Shown here: positions 25,727 to 32,000 of the stretch, one piece after another | Position numbering within the stretch: the stretch's first letter is position 1 | How the letters are laid out: every line of letters starts with the position of its first letter | NCBI RefSeq assembly: GCF_000284115.1 | Contig: NC_017080.1 | Coordinates: 2,700,001-2,732,000 of the forward strand | Source of the DNA: Phycisphaera mikurensis NBRC 102666 | GTDB taxonomy: Bacteria > Planctomycetota > Phycisphaerae > Phycisphaerales > Phycisphaeraceae | Length of the DNA: 32,000 nucleotides | Direction: 5' to 3' | The notes under the pieces: generated by a model | Told to the model about the DNA's origin: nothing | The model's database searches: none | The model's input: only the letters and a program-made list of their open reading frames with translations | Program-made: the position numbers and the translations under genes

Positions 25727-25753
25727 GGAAGCCTCCCGCGGAGCGGAGGCTCC
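25727..25753 (-). terminator. Stem-loop immediately after the eno stop codon
   Basis: ggaagcctcc (25727-25736) and ggaggctcc (25745-25753) form a 9-bp stem with one bulge and an 8-nt loop. It directly abuts the stop at 25754-25756. There is no U-run, so it may be an mRNA-stabilising hairpin rather than an intrinsic terminator. Confidence 0.3.
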
Positions 25754-28457
<2,704 letters not shown>

Positions 28458-28525
28458 AGGCCGCCGGGAGGCCGGGGGGCGCGAGCGCGTGCCCGGGGGC
28501 TTGCGCCCGCGTGTAGCTTCCCGCC

Positions 28526-29131
28526 ATGGCCGCCACCGACCTGGTTCCCGTCCGCACCGCCCTGCTCTCGGTCTCGGACAAATGCGGGCTGATTGACCTC
28601 GGCCGGGCCCTTCACGCTCGCGGGGTCACGCTGATCTCCACCGGGGGCACGCGGGCAGCGCTGACCGAGGCGGACCTGCCGACGGTGGGGATCGAGACGA
28701 TCACGGGTTTCCCGGAGATGATGGACGGGCGCGTGAAGACGCTGCACCCCAAGGTTCACGGCGGCCTGCTCGCCGTCCGGGACGACGCTTCCCACGCGGA
28801 GGCACTGAAGACGCACGGCATCACGCCGATCGACCTGGTCTGCGTCAACCTCTACCCCTTCGAGGCAACGGTCGCGGCGGAGGGCGTGACGCGGGCGGAA
28901 GCGATCGAGCAGATCGACATCGGCGGCCCCTCGATGCTGCGCTCGGCGGCGAAGAACCACCGCTACGTCGCGGCGGTCGGCGACCCGGCCGCGTACCCGC
29001 GCGTGCTCGCGGAGCTGGAAGCCCACGGCGGCGCGACGACGCTCGCGCTGCGGGCGGAGCTGGCGGCGGGCGTGTTCGCGCTGACGGCGGGGTACGACGG
29101 CGCGATCGCCTCTTACCTGCAGCAGCGCTGA
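28526..29131 (+). CDS. purH: IMP cyclohydrolase (MGS-like N-terminal domain of PurH) as a stand-alone 201-aa ORF; the AICAR transformylase domain is absent
   Basis: ATG start. [33 protein letters not shown]...[22 protein letters not shown]...[11 protein letters not shown]...[16 protein letters not shown]...[14 protein letters not shown]. It is collinear with E. coli PurH up to AAYDSMIANYF, then stops at the domain boundary. Confidence 0.8.
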   Translation: MAATDLVPVRTALLSVSDKCGLIDLGRALHARGVTLISTGGTRAALTEADLPTVGIETITGFPEMMDGRVKTLHPKVHGGLLAVRDDASHAEALKTHGITPIDLVCVNLYPFEATVAAEGVTRAEAIEQIDIGGPSMLRSAAKNHRYVAAVGDPAAYPRVLAELEAHGGATTLALRAELAAGVFALTAGYDGAIASYLQQR

Positions 29132-29284
29132 GCGCTCGGCCGCGAGGACGATCTCTCGCAACCGGCCGCGCGCAGGTCCCGCGGACGGCAGACGATTTCG
29201 TCGTCGAGCGTGGGCGGTCCGCGGCCGGAGGCGGTCTCTCCCCCCGGGGCGGTGCCGTCGGCCGGCGCCGTGCGGCTGCGGCGC

Positions 29285-29314
29285 GGGCCGGGCCGGGCCG
29301 GGCCGGGCCGGGCC
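29285..29314. repeat. Pentanucleotide microsatellite (GGGCC)5 plus a degenerate unit GGGCG
   Basis: Direct reading: gggcc x5 at 29285-29309, then gggcg at 29310-14. That gives six G3 runs separated by 2-nt loops. It is intergenic, 154 nt after the purH stop and 41 nt before the next GTG start. Confidence 0.9.
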
Positions 29315-29354
29315 GGGCGGATCTTGCCGGAGCCGGAAGCCGTACGCTGGCTCC

Positions 29355-30086
29355 GTGGCCACCGAAACGCTGACCGTCGACTTCTCCAAGGCCTTCCCGC
29401 TCTTCCCACTCCCGGGCGTGGTGCTGCTGCCGCACGGGGTTGCCCCGCTGCACATCTTCGAGGACCGCTACCGGGCGATGACGCGGCGGGCGCTGGACGG
29501 GGCGGGCCTGATCGCGATGGCGTCGCTGATGCCCGGGGGCGGCAGCGGCGCGGCGGCCGATGCGGAAGCCGACGACGAGCCGCCGAAGCTGCGGCCCGCG
29601 GTCTGCCTGGGCTACGTGAGCCAGCACGAGCGGCTGGACGACGGCCGCTACCACATGCTGCTGCAGGGGATCGCGCGGGCGGAGATCGTGAAGGAGCTTG
29701 CCCCCCACGAGGAGGGGTTCCGCCGGGCGCGGCTGCGGCCGCTGGGCGAACCGGGGGCGGACGCCGAGGCGGTGGCCGCGGCGGCGGACCGGCTGCTGAA
29801 GCGTCGGGCCGAGCTCGACGCGCTGCTGGCGGACCCCGAGCTGCAGAAGCTCGCCGCCGTCGCGCGGCTCAACGAGTGGCTGGAGGACGCGCTGCCGACC
29901 GAGGCGGTCTGCGACGTGGTGTCGATGACGCTGGTGCAGGACGACGCGCTGCGGTACGCGCTGCTGGCCGAGGGCGAGGCGCCCAGGCGGCTCGACGCGG
30001 TGCTGCGCTTCCTGCAGAAGACGCGGGCGGAGATGCGGAGCGCCGAGGACGCGCCGCGGGACGCCGGCGGGTACCTGCTCAATTGA
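29355..30086 (+). CDS. LON N-terminal (substrate-binding, PUA-like) domain protein
   Basis: 243 aa, GTG start. FPLFPLPGVVLLPHGVAPLHIFEDRYRAM...GLIAM...VCLGYVSQHERLDDGRYHMLLQGIARAEI is the typical stand-alone LON_substr_bdg layout. There is no AAA+ or protease domain. Confidence 0.75.
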   Translation: MATETLTVDFSKAFPLFPLPGVVLLPHGVAPLHIFEDRYRAMTRRALDGAGLIAMASLMPGGGSGAAADAEADDEPPKLRPAVCLGYVSQHERLDDGRYHMLLQGIARAEIVKELAPHEEGFRRARLRPLGEPGADAEAVAAAADRLLKRRAELDALLADPELQKLAAVARLNEWLEDALPTEAVCDVVSMTLVQDDALRYALLAEGEAPRRLDAVLRFLQKTRAEMRSAEDAPRDAGGYLLN

Positions 30087-30106
30087 GTCCGGCGGCTGCG
30101 CGGTCG

Positions 30107-30637
30107 GTGGAGCTTCGGCGCTGCGGATCCACAAACGCGGTCGCGGCGGCGTGGTGCCGCGGCGGCGGGGGCCTGCCGGTGTGCGTCTCGGCGTCGACGC
30201 AGACCGGTGGACGCGGGCAGTGGGGGCGGGCGTGGCTGAGCCCGGCGGGCGGGTGCTGGTTCACGCTGGCGGTGTCGGGGAGCGTCGGCGACGGCGAGGG
30301 CCTGCCGCTCGCGGCGGCGGCGGCGGTCGGGCGGGGGATCCGAGCGGCGACGGGGCTGGAGCCCGAGCGGGTCGCACCCAACGACCTGCTGATCGGCGGG
30401 GCAAAGGTGGCGGGGCTGCTTTGCGAGCGGCTGGCGCTGGCGGGCGGGACCGGGGGCGGAGGCGGCGCCACGCTCGTGGGCGTGGGGATTAACGCGAACG
30501 CCGTGCCGGCGGCGGGCGCAGCGCTCCGCCGCCCCGCCGCCTCGCTGGCGGCGGCGGCGGGGAAGCGGATCGACCTGCCGCGCCTCCGGGAGGCGTGCGT
30601 CGCCGAGCTGCTCTCGCTGCGGATGCCCACGCCGTGA
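30107..30637 (+). CDS. birA: Biotin--[acetyl-CoA-carboxylase] ligase, minimal catalytic domain only
   Basis: C-terminal part of the 475-aa track ORF: GSTN...ASTQTGGRGQWGRAWLSPAGGCWFTLAV (GRGRxGRxW motif), APNDLLIGGAKVAGLLCE (catalytic Lys context), VGVGINAN. The start is GTG at 30107 or TTG at 30083 (overlapping the upstream stop). There is no HTH, and only about 43 residues follow GINxN. Confidence 0.7.
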   Translation: MELRRCGSTNAVAAAWCRGGGGLPVCVSASTQTGGRGQWGRAWLSPAGGCWFTLAVSGSVGDGEGLPLAAAAAVGRGIRAATGLEPERVAPNDLLIGGAKVAGLLCERLALAGGTGGGGGATLVGVGINANAVPAAGAALRRPAASLAAAAGKRIDLPRLREACVAELLSLRMPTP

Positions 30638-32000
30638 CGCGGCCCGCCGCCTCGCTCCGCGGCCGGCTCCTCGTGCTGATCATGGTGGCCGTCGGCTGCT
30701 TGCCGGTGCTGCTCTTCCTCGGGGATGCGCCGCTGCGGGGCAGCTCCGAAGCCCGGTACGCCCGGGTCGCCCAGCTGACCGCGGCGGAGCCGGCGCCGGC
30801 GGGCGCCGCACCGCGGTGGCTGGTCCCGCGGACGGACACCGGGCCGCACCTCACCAAGCCGCCGCTCGCCTACGCGGCGATGGCGGTGTCGATGCGGGTG
30901 CTCGGCGAGACCCCGCTGGCGGCGCGGCTGCCGGGGGCGCTTTCGGCGTGCGGCGTGCTGGCGCTCCTGGGCTTCGTCGCCCTCCGGCTGCACGGGCCGG
31001 GCGTGGCGGCGGTGGCGGTGGGCGTGCTCGCGATCACGCCGCTGCACGTCGCGGTCGCTCGGGTCGCGACGACCGACGCCATGCTGGCGCTGGCCTCGCT
31101 GGGGACGCTGGCGGCGGGGCTGCTCGCGCGGGCGGCGGGGCCGAGCCGCCGCGTCACGCTGCTGTTCCACGGCTCGATCGCGCTGGGCCTGCTTGCGAAG
31201 GGGCCGATCGCTCTGCTGCCCGCCGGGCTGGTGCTGGGGTGGCTCGCGCTGCCGCCGGCGGACCGGGCGGCGTTGCGGCGGCTGCGCCCGGGGGTCGGCC
31301 TGCCGCTGGCCTGCCTGCCGCTGGCGGCGTGGGCGGGTGGAGTGGCCTGGCACGACCCCGCGGCCGCGGAGCTGTGGTGGCAGGAGACGGTCGGCCGCGT
31401 GGGCGCCTCGGCCGACCACCCCAAGCCTTGGTGGTACCTGCTGCCCTTCTTCGCGCTGGGGCTGTGGCCGGTGACGCTGCTGCTGCCGCTGGCGGGCCCG
31501 CGGCGGGCCCTGGCGGCGGCCGCCGCGGGCGCGAGGCGCAAGCACCCGGCGTCGCTGCTCGCCCCGGCGGCCGCCGCCCCGCTGCTGCTGTTCACGCTGT
31601 TCACCGGGAAGCTGCCGACCTACCTGCTGCCGTGCGCCGCGCCGCTGGCGTGGTGCGTCGGGCTGCGCTTCGGGCGTGGCGAGCGGGAGGTGCCGGCCTC
31701 GGGCGTGGCGAGCCTGGCCGCGTCGTTGGCGCTGCCCGCGGCGGCCGTGGCGGTGCTCGCGGCGCGGCCCGGCCTCGCCGGGGCGGATTGGATCGCCTAC
31801 GCGTCGCACCCGGCGTTGCCGCAGGCCGCCGTCGGCCTGGGCGCCGGCTGCGTGCTCGTCGCGACGCTGGCCCTCGCTTGGCGTGGCCGCTCCCGCGGCG
31901 CGGTGCCCGCCGGGGCGGCTTTCGCCGTCGTGGTCGCGTGCTGGGGCGTGCTCGCCCGGACCGAGGCCCGGGTGCTTACCGACACCGCGACCCCGCGCTG
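30634..32000 (+). CDS. GT-C fold glycosyltransferase, ArnT/PMT_2 (GT39/GT83-like) family; 3' end runs off the window
   Basis: My own translation from GTG 30634 (GTGA overlap with the birA stop) is open to the window end: VTRPAASLRGRLLVLIMVAVGCLPVLLF...SSEARYARVAQL...GPHLTKPPLAYAAMAV...LLAKGPIALLP...HPKPWWYLLPFFALGLWP...GKLPTYLLPCAAPLA. These match the DEARYA / KPPL / KGP / PxWYY / KLPxYxLP landmarks of ArnT-like transferases. It is not in the ORF track because it has no stop in the window. Confidence 0.75.
   Translation, partial: MTRPAASLRGRLLVLIMVAVGCLPVLLFLGDAPLRGSSEARYARVAQLTAAEPAPAGAAPRWLVPRTDTGPHLTKPPLAYAAMAVSMRVLGETPLAARLPGALSACGVLALLGFVALRLHGPGVAAVAVGVLAITPLHVAVARVATTDAMLALASLGTLAAGLLARAAGPSRRVTLLFHGSIALGLLAKGPIALLPAGLVLGWLALPPADRAALRRLRPGVGLPLACLPLAAWAGGVAWHDPAAAELWWQETVGRVGASADHPKPWWYLLPFFALGLWPVTLLLPLAGPRRALAAAAAGARRKHPASLLAPAAAAPLLLFTLFTGKLPTYLLPCAAPLAWCVGLRFGRGEREVPASGVASLAASLALPAAAVAVLAARPGLAGADWIAYASHPALPQAAVGLGAGCVLVATLALAWRGRSRGAVPAGAAFAVVVACWGVLARTEARVLTDTATPR

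Noticed and set aside
29132-29354. Frameshifted continuation of purH (AICAR transformylase domain) downstream of the stop
   Set aside because: I translated all three forward frames of the 223-nt gap and found no transformylase-like sequence. The gap is also far too short for a domain of about 320 aa. The gene is therefore truncated or split, not simply frameshifted.
29210-30082. N-terminal about 290 codons of the 475-aa + ORF containing birA
   Set aside because: This part overlaps the LonN-domain gene in a different frame and translates to an Arg/Gly/Ala-rich sequence. BPL motifs begin only after about 30107.

Overview
Very GC-rich bacterial chromosomal segment (GC not computed; stop-depleted antisense ORFs up to 1431 aa are consistent with this). 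My best guess is Planctomycetota. That guess rests only on a prepilin-type DUF1559/H-X9-DG protein, an oversized signal peptidase I, and housekeeping genes detached from their usual operons. I can support 28 protein-coding genes, two of them partial at the window edges and absent from the ORF track. Minus strand: fabG (partial), nadB, a LEA_2-like lipoprotein, and a flagellar export/regulation cluster flhB-flhA-flhF-flhG-(small membrane ORF)-fliA. Also sucD, nuoH, rpiB translationally coupled to a YrdC/TsaC::YwlE-like phosphatase fusion, an ABC ATPase, a CoxE-like VWA protein, a GT4 glycosyltransferase, lpxD, a Gfo/Idh/MocA oxidoreductase and eno. Plus strand: lepB, ilvN, the DUF1559 pilin-like protein, a BamB-like lipoprotein, a purH reduced to its IMP-cyclohydrolase domain, and a LonN - minimal birA - ArnT-like GT-C unit. 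I found no rRNA, tRNA, CRISPR array, transposase, phage or recognisable defence genes. The stand-out signal is non-coding: three copies of a palindromic intercistronic element whose arms are built from strictly phased 8-nt units (CYYCRCTT on the + strand, AAGYGRRG on the - strand). All three sit in the same orientation between minus-strand genes. One copy has expanded to 34 indel-free units and supplies the last codons and the stop codon of lpxD. I do not recognise it as any described repeat family. Secondary points are the domain-boundary truncation of purH, a (GGGCC)5 G-quadruplex-type microsatellite, the TsaC-phosphatase fusion, and a 0.5-kb lower-GC non-coding gap inside the flagellar cluster.
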